DNA of 64,000 nt from Oopsacas minuta (lineage: Eukaryota > Animalia > Porifera), in assembly GCA_024704765.1 (NCBI GenBank), contig JAKMXF010000066.1, positions 1,113,883 through 1,177,882 on the forward strand, read 5' to 3'. The notes below the pieces were generated by a model. That model saw nothing but the letters and a program-made list of their open reading frames with translations, did not search any database and was not told the DNA's origin. Positions within the stretch are counted from its first letter, which is position 1. Each line of letters begins with the position of its first letter. The position numbers and the translations under genes are program-made. Shown piece by piece: positions 1 through 12,082 of this stretch.

Positions 1-1250
1 ACCCTCGAGCTAAAATTAATTGAACTCTCCAATGGTACAGTTCCCCCATGTGTTCCATCTCATTATCAGAATTTTAGTGTTAATGCTAAAATAATTGTTT
101 GTTTCTGGAATTAGCAATACAAGTATAATTTGGTTTGTGCGAGGTTAAAGATCAACTACCTACTTATTAATCTGTTTATACAATATGTAATGGTTACAGT
201 CAGTAAACAAATACGATAGCAAATGTCATATTTCCCCCACTACGCTGTATTCTTTCTTGACTCAAATTACCATCATTTTTTTGCGAATACTATGTGAATT
301 ATCTTATTAGTAAAGCCTGGATTATCTCGGGAATTCAAGTGTCATCCATGAGAAAGTATTTTTGCTATATTTCTGGGTATTTTATGGTGGAAAAGAGGAA
401 TAATGTGAAATTCCGAGAAAATTGTAATAGGGGTTGTCACGCATATTTTGCTCACCTCCGCCGCAAATTCGGGAGAATCTTTTTGCATTTATTACAGACC
501 TTCCCTATATTTACAACTATCTCTTCTAATAATGATGTTTCAACCTAATTTACTGGTTAATACCTGTTTTCATTTGTATGATTCAATTCTGTTTTAGTAT
601 TAATAATATCTACAAACCAAAATATACGATCTCCTGTTAACAAATTGTATTATTACATTACATAATCTCTAATTTCAATAATCACATGATGAGGTAATTA
701 TGTATTAATCACATGAAATAGGTAATTTATCCCTTGGAATAAATGTTTTTATCAAAAATATAGATTTCAATTCCCTCGTGACTCGACAATAATACATTAC
801 ATTTCTGATTACAAATATTTTAATCCAGGAATACCATATATCCTAGCAGGTGTTAAAATCTTTTTCTCAGATGCTTGAACTCAGTTTTGTGAATATTAGT
901 TTGTAAATTACCTTAGAAATATCACTAATAACTTGAACTTGAACTTTGAATGATAATTACGGAAATACACTACTTTTTCTAACGATAATTCCAGTTATTT
1001 CAATAAATAGTACTTCCCTTTTATGAGAATAATTGATTGGTGGTTGTACTACATCTTCCCCTTCCCTAAATCCATCCCATGATGACTGATGAGGATAGTT
1101 CATCTTATTGGTAATGCTTCAACAAACAACTTTGCACATGTGTATTACGTGTTTAGAAGATTATTCAGCAATTTGCCAGCTATGCAGCATTTGAATATTC
1201 TACTCTGCTACTGGATATTTTATGTATTTAATATTACGTATTATTCTTAG

Positions 1251-4200
1251 TTAGTTTTCTTCTGCGTTATCATCATCGTTGGAGAAGTTGGGATGGCAGT
1301 TTACGTCTATCTTGAAAGAACCAATGTAAGGCAATACAGTGGAACCTCGTTAATACGAAGGTTATTTAATTGGCATTACTCCGGTGATACGAACTTGGGG
1401 TAAGCGGACAAATTTTGGCAGTCCGTTGGTGTTCGTATTTACGAGATTCCACACAACAATTCTATGAACTTTACTATTATACAATTATTATGACATTGGA
1501 TTATTTCGTTAATTTTCTTATCAAAATCTCTAACAATCATGAAATATGAGAGTAAACTATACGTTTGATTTTCGGTGATCCCGTAACTAACGAAGTATAT
1601 AGTTGTTCACGATCACGAATACTTAGTATGTCACGTAATGCACCATTTTCCTACTAATCATTGTTCTCCACCAAAACTCAAATTGATTTATTCATGGAAT
1701 ACTGAATTATTATTTCAACTATTTTTCACTCTTCAGAAAATTCTGAGATTCTATGATACATCACCGAATCTTGGTGGATAATTTGGGGCCTTATGGTCAA
1801 AATACAGGCTTTTTCAATTTTCTGATCATTGTGAATTTTCTAAATTTCGGACTACGTATTCATGGTTGATTATTTCATAACATTCTAAAATTCCATTTTG
1901 CCATACCCGCTGAATATTTCAACTTAGAACTTTACTCAACTATTTAATTAATTTCCATTCCATTGTGTTTCATCTAGTTAGTCGACTTGCTGCCTTATAT
2001 CTGGAATTTCTTAGATGATACATTAAGAGTAGTATTACAAGATCAGGTAACCACCCCCCCCTACAGGAAGACAGTAATATGATATACTATTACATAAATA
2101 TTTATTGCATTATCTCTGCCTCTCCTGTTATTAATTATGGATTGTTTGGGATAGTCTGTAGTGATATGACTTGCTTACTAATTGATAACATTGATTGCAA
2201 ATTATTCAGCGAATATTTCTTTTATTGAGTTCATTGAAATAAATACAATGAAACAATGATATAATTCATCAATTTCTAACTTTGTAGAACTAGTCTAAAA
2301 TAGTTGGCTCGCCTACCCTATTCGGAAAACCAGTGAGTTGCCCTCTCCCATCTGCTTTTTATCCAATTATTTTTCGATTATCCCAGTCTGTTGCTATGGC
2401 AAAGTTCATCCAAACAACAAGCTATATCTAACAGATATATTTGCATACAATCTCACAATGCAACGCTAATTCCCCGTAAACTGGTGCACCAACAAAATCA
2501 TTTGTCTACACAAACATAAATCAGTATACGATGATTCAAAACATATAGCTTCCGTGTTAACTTAATTTTAGTGAAGATTATAAATCCATGAAAAAACGTT
2601 TTGTAAGTGATCACATGGCATAATGTAATCCTAGCTATCGCTTATCTTACTTGGATATATTAAGAACTTAGTGAATAAATGTGAAAAATCTTAGGAAATT
2701 TCCTAATAACAATCTTCGTATTGATTTGACCAAAATGTACTTTAGTTGATAGCGATTTGATTAATTGATATTACTCAAAATGATTTAAGATATCTTATTT
2801 TAGTTAAAAATATTACATAATTAGTATATTGTGATTGTTATAATACACTTTATTCGTCAGTAATTATGATATTCTTATGATTCTTTTCATTACAGATTTC
2901 TTGTAATTTTTACCACAAATTTCTATAGAAACACATTTTCTGTAAATTTCTATGATTTATCAATTCTCTTTTCTTGTAGCTACGTTGCTGTAACTTTGGA
3001 AATGTTACATTTGGGAACGATACCTTCGTGCCTGCCGTTAGTAATGGTAGCACTTCTTGTATTGAGGGAGTAACTGTAAGTTTGCTATTATATATTTTCA
3101 GCTAATACCAACATGAACTTCTCCTGAATTGTACAGGGCTATAATTTCCTTGGCCTTTCGAAATTGTCAATTTTAAGACAGATTCATGGATGTGTTAAAT
3201 GAGATCAGATACTTAAATAGGGGGGTGACGTCACAATGTTTAATTTGCACTATTCTTTAAAGCAGTTTTTATACATTCATTTCAAAAGAGTTCTCCAAAA
3301 AACTTTCAGCAAAATATGAGTAAATTTTTTAGTAAATTTCTCCAGTATTTCTTACAATTCTCTCTTTCCTCTAATTACTTTCAACACCTCAGAAAAATTC
3401 TATTTGATAATCTAATAGTGTACAATATGCATTTTTGCATAATCTCCTACAATTGTACTGCCTTTAATTCCACGTAGGACTTTGCAACCTAATCTATTCT
3501 GTTAACGTGAGCAAGTCTCAATTCAATAGTCTAAATTCTCCATAAATTATTCAGATAAAACGCCTTAAGTCTGGGATAAGACAAACATAGAAATACAACT
3601 AACTCTATTATAGATTATCTAGCACTGAGCTAAATGGTGATTCGTAGCATTACTTCCATTTGTGCCGTATGTAGATTTACTGCCCGTATTACTGCCTGTT
3701 TTAGTTATTATATTCGAATATTGCATGTAGGTTCTATTTAATTTCAATTTTTTAGCTGATATGTTACATGCAAACAGATTATTACTAGGAATTGCACTGA
3801 ATATTTTCAGAGTTTATTTCAGATTTTAAATGCTGTGCATTTACATTATATGGTTATAACACGTCACAATTCTCAGGAAATTTATTATCTATAATAAGCC
3901 ACGTGAACTAGCAAAGCCATAGCCACTAGTGATATTTTATGGATGTGAAATAATGTTAGAACATATTTAATTGTTTGTAGATTTGGTTACTTAATATCCG
4001 GTTGTGTAACACTTTACTATATCAAAAGAGAACTGAAATCACTTTTGTTTTTGTGAATTTCTCAACGTCTTTAATCTATTTTTGATTTCTATTAAGATGC
4101 ACAATCTGTAAAATATGTTGAACTTCCTTTGACGTCTGAAAATTTTTTCCAGATGCTACATCCTAAAATACACCTATATAATATTTTGTATTATTTTGAC

Positions 4201-5281
4201 GTTTATCATTATTTCTTCTATAGATTACTTGTTATCCCAAACTAACCGAGGTCCTTGGGATTACTGTGTATGTAGTGATCGGGTTTATGGTTGTTCTCGT
4301 TCTCATACAGGTACCACAACTAACGTACAATTCTCGTTTTACTAGAACTACAGTCTAATAGCAAGTCACATTTTGCACACGAATTTCCTTGCTGATTCGT
4401 GAACTTGCTATTAGAGGAATTATTTCCAATACAAAATGTACTCTAAGTCCCTGAAAAAACTTGCTAATAGGCGAACACCACTGTAGTTTCCCGATTCCAT
4501 CTCTGTTCTCAGTTTCGGACACAATTTCCCCAAAATCTCTACATACAATTAATTGATTCTAATCTATAACACGTCACAGTCACACGGTCATTTGTTGAAT
4601 GACTCTGCTTACAATTTATAGGAGGCAGTACCCTAATGACTTCATTTGAACATTCATATATTACGTAGAGGACATCTGTGAATATTTTATATGATGTCTC
4701 TACGTAATTATTGTGCCCGTGTATACTCTATACTCTGTGATATTTATAGAATATTATTACATAATTTTGTGTTCTTATAAGTATAATCAAGTTAATAGAC
4801 GATTCTAGCAATTATCCCTATTAGAGGTATTGAATCAATTTATGATAATTATAGTATCATCCATTTCTCTTGCTAGCAATGATATGAAAATCGAATTACA
4901 ACGTTCGTAACTTGTTTGTGGGCGAAATGTAAATTCTCAACATAACGCTTTATGGTTTATGAATAGAAATAATTATTTTCTATGTATTTAGCTCGCTGCT
5001 GCTACTGTTAGCATCCTATTAGCTCAGATAACCTATGCTTTCAAAAAGTATAGAAAAATGCAGGCAAATGAGGTAAGGGCATATTTCAATATGTTTTTTA
5101 GTTTGGAATACTCCCCTTATATCGAAGCTCAAGGGACCGTGATAATTACTTCGATATAACCGGAGTTGACTGTATTTATGTTTCTGCATTTTAGAAAGCC
5201 GCCAAGACTTCAAACGCTAGAATTCCCAGAGGAATGCAAACCAAAGCAGATCATGACCCAATCATGCAGACGAATTATTAA
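1251..5281 (+). CDS. Tetraspanin-family protein, 3' six exons (TM3, large extracellular loop, TM4, tail); 5' exons not resolved
   Basis: Hand-spliced GT-AG exons 1251-1325, 1978-2046, 2980-3075, 4224-4310, 4992-5072 and 5195-5281 are all phase 0. They read LVFFCVIIIVGEVGMAVYVYLERTN / LVDLLPYIWNFLDDTLRVVLQDQ / LRCCNFG...SCIEGVT / ITCYPKLTEVLGITVYVVIGFMVVLVLIQ / LAAATVSILLAQ... / ...QTNY*. This shows a polar Glu in TM3, LQxxLxCC, a Cys before TM4 and a Gln in TM4. Absent from the ORF track because the exons are short. Confidence 0.8.
1337..1453. mobile_element. Tc1/mariner-pogo-type MITE remnant in tetraspanin intron
   Basis: TA followed by CAGTGGAACCTCGT; the right end ACGAGATTCCAC is its imperfect inverse. 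Confidence 0.55.
5109..5172. mobile_element. Internally deleted copy of MITE family A
   Basis: Shares GAAGCTCAAGGGACC-GATAATTACTTCGATATAAC and the terminal GAGTTGACTG-TA with the copies at 43312, 52870 and 59884. Confidence 0.75.
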
Positions 5282-5579
5282 GTAGGCATTTTGTTTTTGC
5301 TTTTAAACGCTTTTAACGCTAGCAAACTTTATCATTCTTTGTTACTTATCAATTGTATTATTGTCTCATTTATATTTGTCTATCAATTATACGTAAACAA
5401 GTTTGTTTACTTTATGCATGTAATTGGATACAAAGTTGTTTGTTGTGTGTAGACAGAATAATCTCTGTGATACTGATTTGTAAGAATAATACCACATCAT
5501 AGAGAGCAATAGTGATATCGAGTATATATTATTCAGGGAGTTATCCTCATAGCATATTTACATCTCTCGGCTGTGTTCT

Positions 5580-8500
5580 ATGAAATCTGCGAAAGGCCTT
5601 TGCGATACGTGTTCTGAATCAACTCGTCCTGCTCTGGTAGCAGCAAGAGATGGTCACTTGAACTGCCTTGTATTTGCGTGCGATTCCCTTGGTCTAGCCA
5701 ATGAGCTTGATGGATACAGTGCAACACCATTACATTTTTCAGCACGACATGGTCATCTTGATTGCGTAGAATGGATAGTTCGTCATAATGTGATATCTCC
5801 TACGTCTGTTACACGTGGTGGTACAACCCCAGCACATGATGCAGCTGCAACAGGTCAGATAGATTGTCTCAAGTTTTTACTTTCAAATTCAAAGTGTTCA
5901 TTGAACGATCGTACTATCGAAGGTTCTACAATGCTACACATGGCCTGTCGTTTTGGCAGGCTCCCAATGGTGAAATGGCTGGTGGGTGAAAACGGAGTAT
6001 CACCCAATGAAACCGGCGTAAATGACGTCACCCCTATACATATTTCCGCGGCTAAAGACCATTTGAAATGCCTACAATGGTTAACACAGCAACCACAATA
6101 CATAGCTAATATGGAGACAATACACGGAGCTACTCCTACGTATTTCGCAGCGCAAGAGGGATGCTTCAAGAGCCTGGAATGGTTGATAGAACACGCGAAA
6201 GGTGACTCTAAAATAGCCGCAAAAGATGGTATGTTGCCTATACATGCTGCGGCACAGGCTGGACACCTAGACTGCATCAAATTGCTGATCTCCAGGGGTT
6301 ATGGGACTGTGAATGAATTGTCTAAAGATGGTGGAACGCCGATACACTTCGCGTCTGCAGGTGGACATGCTAATACGCTTGTATGGCTTATTCGTAATGG
6401 TGGTATAGTAAATGTTAAAGATAATTGTCGTAGTACTCCATTACATGACGCTGCTGAACAAGGACAAGCTACTACTGTTCGTGTGCTATTAGAATCTGGA
6501 AGTGATCCACGAGCAATGGACGATGAATGTTTTTCCCCTCTCGATTTAGCGGAGGAATCTGGCTCTGCTGAGTGCATCCATTTATTGAGGGTCGCGGCAT
6601 CCGGTCAGACTGTACCTCCCAATTTACAGTCACCTCAAAACAAACAAAATGGAAAGGTAAGTACAGGCAGTAGGTATTTAGACCGCGGAGGTTATGCACA
6701 GAGGGATTTTGATTATTTATCTTCTCCCACTGAGGTTGAGATCCAGACACCGAAGCAGAGAAGGAAAGGTAGGTTCAGCTTCAACTTTCTCCGGGGAAAC
6801 TCTGTTTTCAGCAGACGTTCTGCTACATCTCTTGATCACGAGGAAATTTTGAGGCGAAAAAGCAAAAAAGGCTACTACAGTAATCCAGATTCTGGTAATC
6901 AATCTCGAACAGATATATTCGCTAACGATAACCAAGCATCAAATCAACAATCTCCTTTGATGTTGAATGCGCTAATCAGCTCAAAATCTCCCGAAGTAAT
7001 ACGGGTAGTTCGTCATACTCAGCAGACCACCTCTCACAGCCCAAGTTATACTCCACCTCCTTCTCGAAAACGTTCTTTGACAGGCAATTTAGACAATTCT
7101 AATCCTCCCTCACCTGAACTATCAAAATCCACCGAATGGACAACTAGTAAGCCTAAGAAAAAACACATATTCAAGACACAGGAAGTGAACTCCGAATCTA
7201 GGGCAAAAGACAAAGCAAATTTTAAATCTTGGATGCAATACCAATCGAATATAAACAAACTCTCAACAAGCCCTAATCAAGATGTACATGTAGGTAAACA
7301 CAATAGAATATATGCAGTCAGGAATCCACTTATCGAAGCTGAGATTCAAAACGAGGAGAAACCAGAACGAAACATCATTGGAGTAGATGATACAGTTATT
7401 CTCAATAAGGTAAATTTCCTATCTGAAAATGACATTGAACATGTAGGTGCTAGAGAGTTTGGATTACCTGTTATTCCTCCTAAGCCTGTACTGTCAAAAG
7501 AGCAACTGATGCGCTTAGGCGATGATCCTTACAAAAAGGATGATGGCATCAGCTCGCCGTCTAAAGAGGATTACGGTGATTCTAACTATGCAAAACGTGA
7601 GCTCTCACTGGTAGATGAGAGAGATGAGATATCACGTATTTCAACATTTTCCGCCAAAAAATCAGTCCAATTAGTTGAGCCACAGGATCAGCCTGCAGCC
7701 GACCAAAAACGAGTGAACGCATCTTATCTTACAGGCATAAAGCAGAAACGCTTTGAAATGCTTGAAGCAGCTAGTCTAGCATTGCTAGGACCCCCGTTAA
7801 TCGGGCAAAGACGAGTGAATAAGTTTTTCATTGCAATCGGCAATGATCCTGGAATACACTGTTGGAAGGTTGGCCCTACCTCAAGCAAACTAACTGAAAT
7901 CACAGGAAACGGCCCTTTGTCTGGACATTTCCATGTATTAGATACTTATCTATTTCTGCATACTTCTGTCAATGGTCCAATATTCCATCAAATTCACGTT
8001 TGGAAAGGTCATTTATCTGATTGGGCAATTTATGACAAAGCCACAGAGTTAGCGCATGATCTCAGTAACTCTCTATCTGGCATCAGTCAGATTTATAAGG
8101 AAATTCAAGGCTTAGAAAGTGACCAGTTTATATCATATTTCAAATCTAGAGTTATCTACTATCACCAGTCAATCAATAAGCCATTCACTCAGGCCTGTTT
8201 GTACGAGTTATCGGGTACACATGCAATCAGATGCGCACAATCTAGCTTCGGCTTGAAGCAATTTACCACAACAATGATGTATATTCTCATTTCACAGAAA
8301 ACTATGTATCTTTGGGTTGGACCTCAAGCAACTGAGCATTTGAAAACAGCTGTTTATAATATTGCATTAGAGATAAGAGAAAAAGAACGAATGACGTCAT
8401 TTCTAGTGCTTGATCCTACGCAAAAGAATGAAGCGTTCAATTCAGCTCTTAGAATCGTGGAGCAAAAACCTTTAAAATCTTTCTCAAAAATATACCATTC

Positions 8501-11500
8501 AATCCATAACTCAAATATTCCCATAAAATACTACAGAACTATGTTTAATGAAGCTAAACGTATGGGCTATCGTGAGATTCGATATTCGCCAGTAATCTTC
8601 AACCGTGATGAACTAATATTCATCGTAATGTCTCTGAGATTGACTGTTTGGGTTGGTCATAATAAACGTCATCAAGCGCAGGATTTCCTCGGCATGGCAC
8701 AAGCACTGTTGAAAACTTGTTTCTATCCGGAATTACTTCATTGCGTTGTGCTACACGAATTCGGAGAAGATGCTCTATTTATCCATCAATTTCCTGAGCT
8801 TGAGAGACCTAATCTGAGCCTTTTAGATACTGAAACGAAAAATGAACTCAACATATTACCAATTCCAGTGCCTTTAATGCATGATGCGGGATTGGGTCGC
8901 ATCAAAATATTTGAGATTAATGCCAGTGGGAAGCGTGAACAGCCAATAGCAGAATTCGGGCATTTCAATTCATTGTACTGCTATTTTGTCCTGTATTCAT
9001 ATCGTAGGGAAATCAAGTTCCTATCTCTGATGTATGTGTGGATTGGTAATGAAGCTAATGATAATATTATCAGAAATCAAGAAATACAATTGAGAGAACT
9101 TCAAGCTAACACACCAGGTGATCAAGCGATCATATACATCCCTCAGAAGCTGGAAACCGATCACTTTTTGAGTCTTTTCAAAGCAAAGTTTATTGTGCAT
9201 CAAACATCGTTCAAAAGGTCATACGAAGATAATTCAGCATCTCTCTATAGGATATTTTCATTCAATCTGTTAAGCATCAAGGCAGTGCAAGTTGAAACGC
9301 AAGCGTCCTCTCTCTTGTCAAATTCCGCGTTTGTACTCAGTTCTCCGGCCAAGAGTATCGTATGGATTGGGCAGACTACGTCACAAAATGATCGTCGTGG
9401 TGCAATGCTAATTGCCAAAGAGCTGAAACCACAGGAACCTCTCACTTTGATGGAAGGTGAAGAAACGGAGAGATTTTGGGCACAACTTGGTGGGAAACAA
9501 ACCTACGCGCCTGTACCCAAAGAACATTGGCCACCACATCATGCCTCGCCAATACTCTATCATTTTTTTAAAGGCATAAAGCCTATATTCACTTCTATAC
9601 CTAATTTCACGCAGAAAGATTTGCATATTGGCAGCGTCTTTATTCTAGATACAAGTTCACATCTTTTCATATGGCATGGTAGTATGGTAGAGACGTTTGA
9701 CTCAAGAGCAATTGTGCAAGATTATCTGTTGCAAACAGCTCCAGAGAAGAGCTTAGACAAAATAGTGCTGGTTGTCCTTAATCAAGGTGCCGAGCCTTCT
9801 AGCTTCACAAGCCTATTCCCTGCATGGGATGATAACATTTGGAAAAATCCTGATAAACGATTGAGTCAGATTTTAGCAAGTAAGCCGATACTTAAACAGC
9901 CTCCTGCAGCCAATAATATCATTAGAGACGAGGCTAGATCTGCACTAAATATAGATGCCAGTATTCCTGCTGTGCACATTGAGCATGAGAAAAGCTTAGT
10001 TGAAAGATTACAGGAGAGACGAGGCAGTCCATCTGGCACACTACTAACTCCAGAGCCTTTCAAGATACAAGCTGACGCGGTTAAAGAAGATTTGATGAAA
10101 GAGATTAACGAACTGGATGAAGTTTTGAAAAGTTTTGAATTAGGAACAGCGATCAGTTTACCAAATACCGAATTTGAGCATGCGAATAAGAAAAAGATTA
10201 AATTAGACGCATTACGTAGAGGTGAGTTTTCAAAGTTCATGGGTAAACCTGAGCCTGTAGAAGAACTTGATACTGACGCTCTGATCAAAGAACTGGACAC
10301 AACGATGCAACAGGTGAATAGGAATGTATTAAACGAAGAGAAGCGAAGAAGCAGAACATACTCTAATCCTGAAGAGCTTATTCGTACAAGAGTAAACACA
10401 GATGTATCGTCCATGACTCCTTACACATTTTTACCCAACTTAAAGGAGCCTAGCACAACAGAAATGCTTGATAATTACGAAAGGAGACCAAGAAACGAGT
10501 CCATTGTCAGTATGAGCGGATCAAGTACTGGAGTACCAACTCAGCTGTCTTTGGTTAACACACCACTTATGTTGAAGAAAACTTCTGGCGGAAAATCCCC
10601 GAATTTCGCTCAGCGTAAACCTTTTAGTGTACCTGTTCCGGCCTCAAAAAGCCAAGAAAAGTACGTTAATGTCAATAGCAGTCAGCCAACTGGGATTGGG
10701 GCTTGGACGCCAAGCGTTGTGACCCCAAAAGGTCATTTTAAGCCTCCTCCACTGAGCGAGAAGAATAACCCAGAAATCGCCAAACATTTTCGCTCAAATG
10801 TGCAAGCGAAAATCGCTAAAACAAAAGCTAAATCTCCTCGTAACGATGAATTCCCAAGCCCTGCCTTAGACAGTACCAAATTTCTAATGTCTTTAGAACT
10901 AGAAGCAACTGGACAGATTGTAGAATTCGCTCTGAAGAGAAACACGCTTGTACAGAATGTGATTTATAAAGTAGTTGAAAAGTGCCGCTGCAAATTGACA
11001 CCAACCCTCTCCTTATTTGAAGTTCATCCCAGCTTGAACTTGGAGAGGAAGCTAGAAGATCACGAAGTTGTATTGAATGTTATGCAGCAATGGCCTGAGA
11101 GTTCTGGATCAACTGGTGAGTGTAAGCTTCTTGTTAGGGACTATCTAGACAAATATGCGATAATGGGAGGTATACTGAGTATCGATGAGGTAGAGATTTC
11201 TATTCATGACCGATCCCTACCTCGACTTAGATCTGAAATATTCGTCAACAGAACGATTCCTAAAGACGAAAAAGACTGGAGCAAAGTGAATATTGAATTC
11301 AAAATAGACGGTATATATTTCTGGCAAGATGAAAGAACTTTAAGATGTATTTCAAGATTTTCTGGAAATCAACTATACACATTTATCACGCAAGAAACAG
11401 ATACTCCTGCTCCTTATGCATTTGCATTGAAACCGTTAAATTCATGGAGCAGGGAGGAACTACACATTTTCTGCACACCAAATAATGAAATATTCTCTAC

Positions 11501-11624
11501 ATGGTATGGATATATTACAATTGGTATTTTCGGGTTAAAACCTTTATACAAAGACTGGCAAATAATGAGGAAACAATTTTCACAGCTTTTAGATATGAAG
11601 ACAAGATCTGACGAGACCCCCTAA
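5580..11624 (+). CDS. 2014-aa single-exon protein: espin-like ankyrin repeats + six gelsolin/villin repeats + MRL/Grb7-type RA and PH domains
   Basis: Ankyrin run collinear with espin (TPAHDAAATG, GATPTYFAAQEG, DGMLPIHAAAQAG, TPLHDAAEQG). Gelsolin repeats about 7840-9850 (PGIHCWKV, EIQGLESDQFISYFK, GHFNSLYCYFVLYSY, QGAEPSSFTSLFPAWD). RA motif LFEVHPSLNLERKLEDHEVVLNVMQQW followed by a PH-like region (DGIYFW, YAFALKP). Confidence 0.9.
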   Translation: MKSAKGLCDTCSESTRPALVAARDGHLNCLVFACDSLGLANELDGYSATPLHFSARHGHLDCVEWIVRHNVISPTSVTRGGTTPAHDAAATGQIDCLKFLLSNSKCSLNDRTIEGSTMLHMACRFGRLPMVKWLVGENGVSPNETGVNDVTPIHISAAKDHLKCLQWLTQQPQYIANMETIHGATPTYFAAQEGCFKSLEWLIEHAKGDSKIAAKDGMLPIHAAAQAGHLDCIKLLISRGYGTVNELSKDGGTPIHFASAGGHANTLVWLIRNGGIVNVKDNCRSTPLHDAAEQGQATTVRVLLESGSDPRAMDDECFSPLDLAEESGSAECIHLLRVAASGQTVPPNLQSPQNKQNGKVSTGSRYLDRGGYAQRDFDYLSSPTEVEIQTPKQRRKGRFSFNFLRGNSVFSRRSATSLDHEEILRRKSKKGYYSNPDSGNQSRTDIFANDNQASNQQSPLMLNALISSKSPEVIRVVRHTQQTTSHSPSYTPPPSRKRSLTGNLDNSNPPSPELSKSTEWTTSKPKKKHIFKTQEVNSESRAKDKANFKSWMQYQSNINKLSTSPNQDVHVGKHNRIYAVRNPLIEAEIQNEEKPERNIIGVDDTVILNKVNFLSENDIEHVGAREFGLPVIPPKPVLSKEQLMRLGDDPYKKDDGISSPSKEDYGDSNYAKRELSLVDERDEISRISTFSAKKSVQLVEPQDQPAADQKRVNASYLTGIKQKRFEMLEAASLALLGPPLIGQRRVNKFFIAIGNDPGIHCWKVGPTSSKLTEITGNGPLSGHFHVLDTYLFLHTSVNGPIFHQIHVWKGHLSDWAIYDKATELAHDLSNSLSGISQIYKEIQGLESDQFISYFKSRVIYYHQSINKPFTQACLYELSGTHAIRCAQSSFGLKQFTTTMMYILISQKTMYLWVGPQATEHLKTAVYNIALEIREKERMTSFLVLDPTQKNEAFNSALRIVEQKPLKSFSKIYHSIHNSNIPIKYYRTMFNEAKRMGYREIRYSPVIFNRDELIFIVMSLRLTVWVGHNKRHQAQDFLGMAQALLKTCFYPELLHCVVLHEFGEDALFIHQFPELERPNLSLLDTETKNELNILPIPVPLMHDAGLGRIKIFEINASGKREQPIAEFGHFNSLYCYFVLYSYRREIKFLSLMYVWIGNEANDNIIRNQEIQLRELQANTPGDQAIIYIPQKLETDHFLSLFKAKFIVHQTSFKRSYEDNSASLYRIFSFNLLSIKAVQVETQASSLLSNSAFVLSSPAKSIVWIGQTTSQNDRRGAMLIAKELKPQEPLTLMEGEETERFWAQLGGKQTYAPVPKEHWPPHHASPILYHFFKGIKPIFTSIPNFTQKDLHIGSVFILDTSSHLFIWHGSMVETFDSRAIVQDYLLQTAPEKSLDKIVLVVLNQGAEPSSFTSLFPAWDDNIWKNPDKRLSQILASKPILKQPPAANNIIRDEARSALNIDASIPAVHIEHEKSLVERLQERRGSPSGTLLTPEPFKIQADAVKEDLMKEINELDEVLKSFELGTAISLPNTEFEHANKKKIKLDALRRGEFSKFMGKPEPVEELDTDALIKELDTTMQQVNRNVLNEEKRRSRTYSNPEELIRTRVNTDVSSMTPYTFLPNLKEPSTTEMLDNYERRPRNESIVSMSGSSTGVPTQLSLVNTPLMLKKTSGGKSPNFAQRKPFSVPVPASKSQEKYVNVNSSQPTGIGAWTPSVVTPKGHFKPPPLSEKNNPEIAKHFRSNVQAKIAKTKAKSPRNDEFPSPALDSTKFLMSLELEATGQIVEFALKRNTLVQNVIYKVVEKCRCKLTPTLSLFEVHPSLNLERKLEDHEVVLNVMQQWPESSGSTGECKLLVRDYLDKYAIMGGILSIDEVEISIHDRSLPRLRSEIFVNRTIPKDEKDWSKVNIEFKIDGIYFWQDERTLRCISRFSGNQLYTFITQETDTPAPYAFALKPLNSWSREELHIFCTPNNEIFSTWYGYITIGIFGLKPLYKDWQIMRKQFSQLLDMKTRSDETP

Positions 11625-11633
11625 TAGTTACTG

Positions 11634-11671
11634 ATTATTATTATCATTATTATTATTATTATTATTATTAT
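11634..11671. repeat. (ATT)n microsatellite
   Basis: Direct reading; lies just after the stop codon at 11624. Confidence 0.9.
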
Positions 11672-12082
11672 TTTCATTGAATTGAATTTTCACCTTTATA
11701 CATTCAATATTTGTAATTTTTCATATTTGCCTTTCTATGTAATACAATTTTTGTATTAAAATATATTTATCGAATGTTATTTCAGTGCAGTAACCTAGTG
11801 GGAGAACAATTGACTGTTTACATCTGCTAATTTCCCACACTTTCCAGGTGAAAACGACATGTGTTTGTTCAAACTTGCAAATTACAAGTACAACTAAAAC
11901 ATGAATATCTGTATATTGCTTAATCCAGATAGTCTTAAGTAGCCATGATTCTATAAAAAATGTGGTAATTGTTATGAAACCCAGTGTTAAAATACGTCAA
12001 TTATTATCATATTGGAAAGAGATTACACTCTTGAATTATTTTTAAAATGGGTATTGGATTGATTAGAGATTTCACCGCAAAA

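Noticed and set aside
5855-11000. Many short antisense ORFs overlapping the long genes (also within the tubulin, TRIM, APLF, CaMKI and kinase genes)
   Set aside because: They are shadow frames of real coding sequence with no independent motifs.
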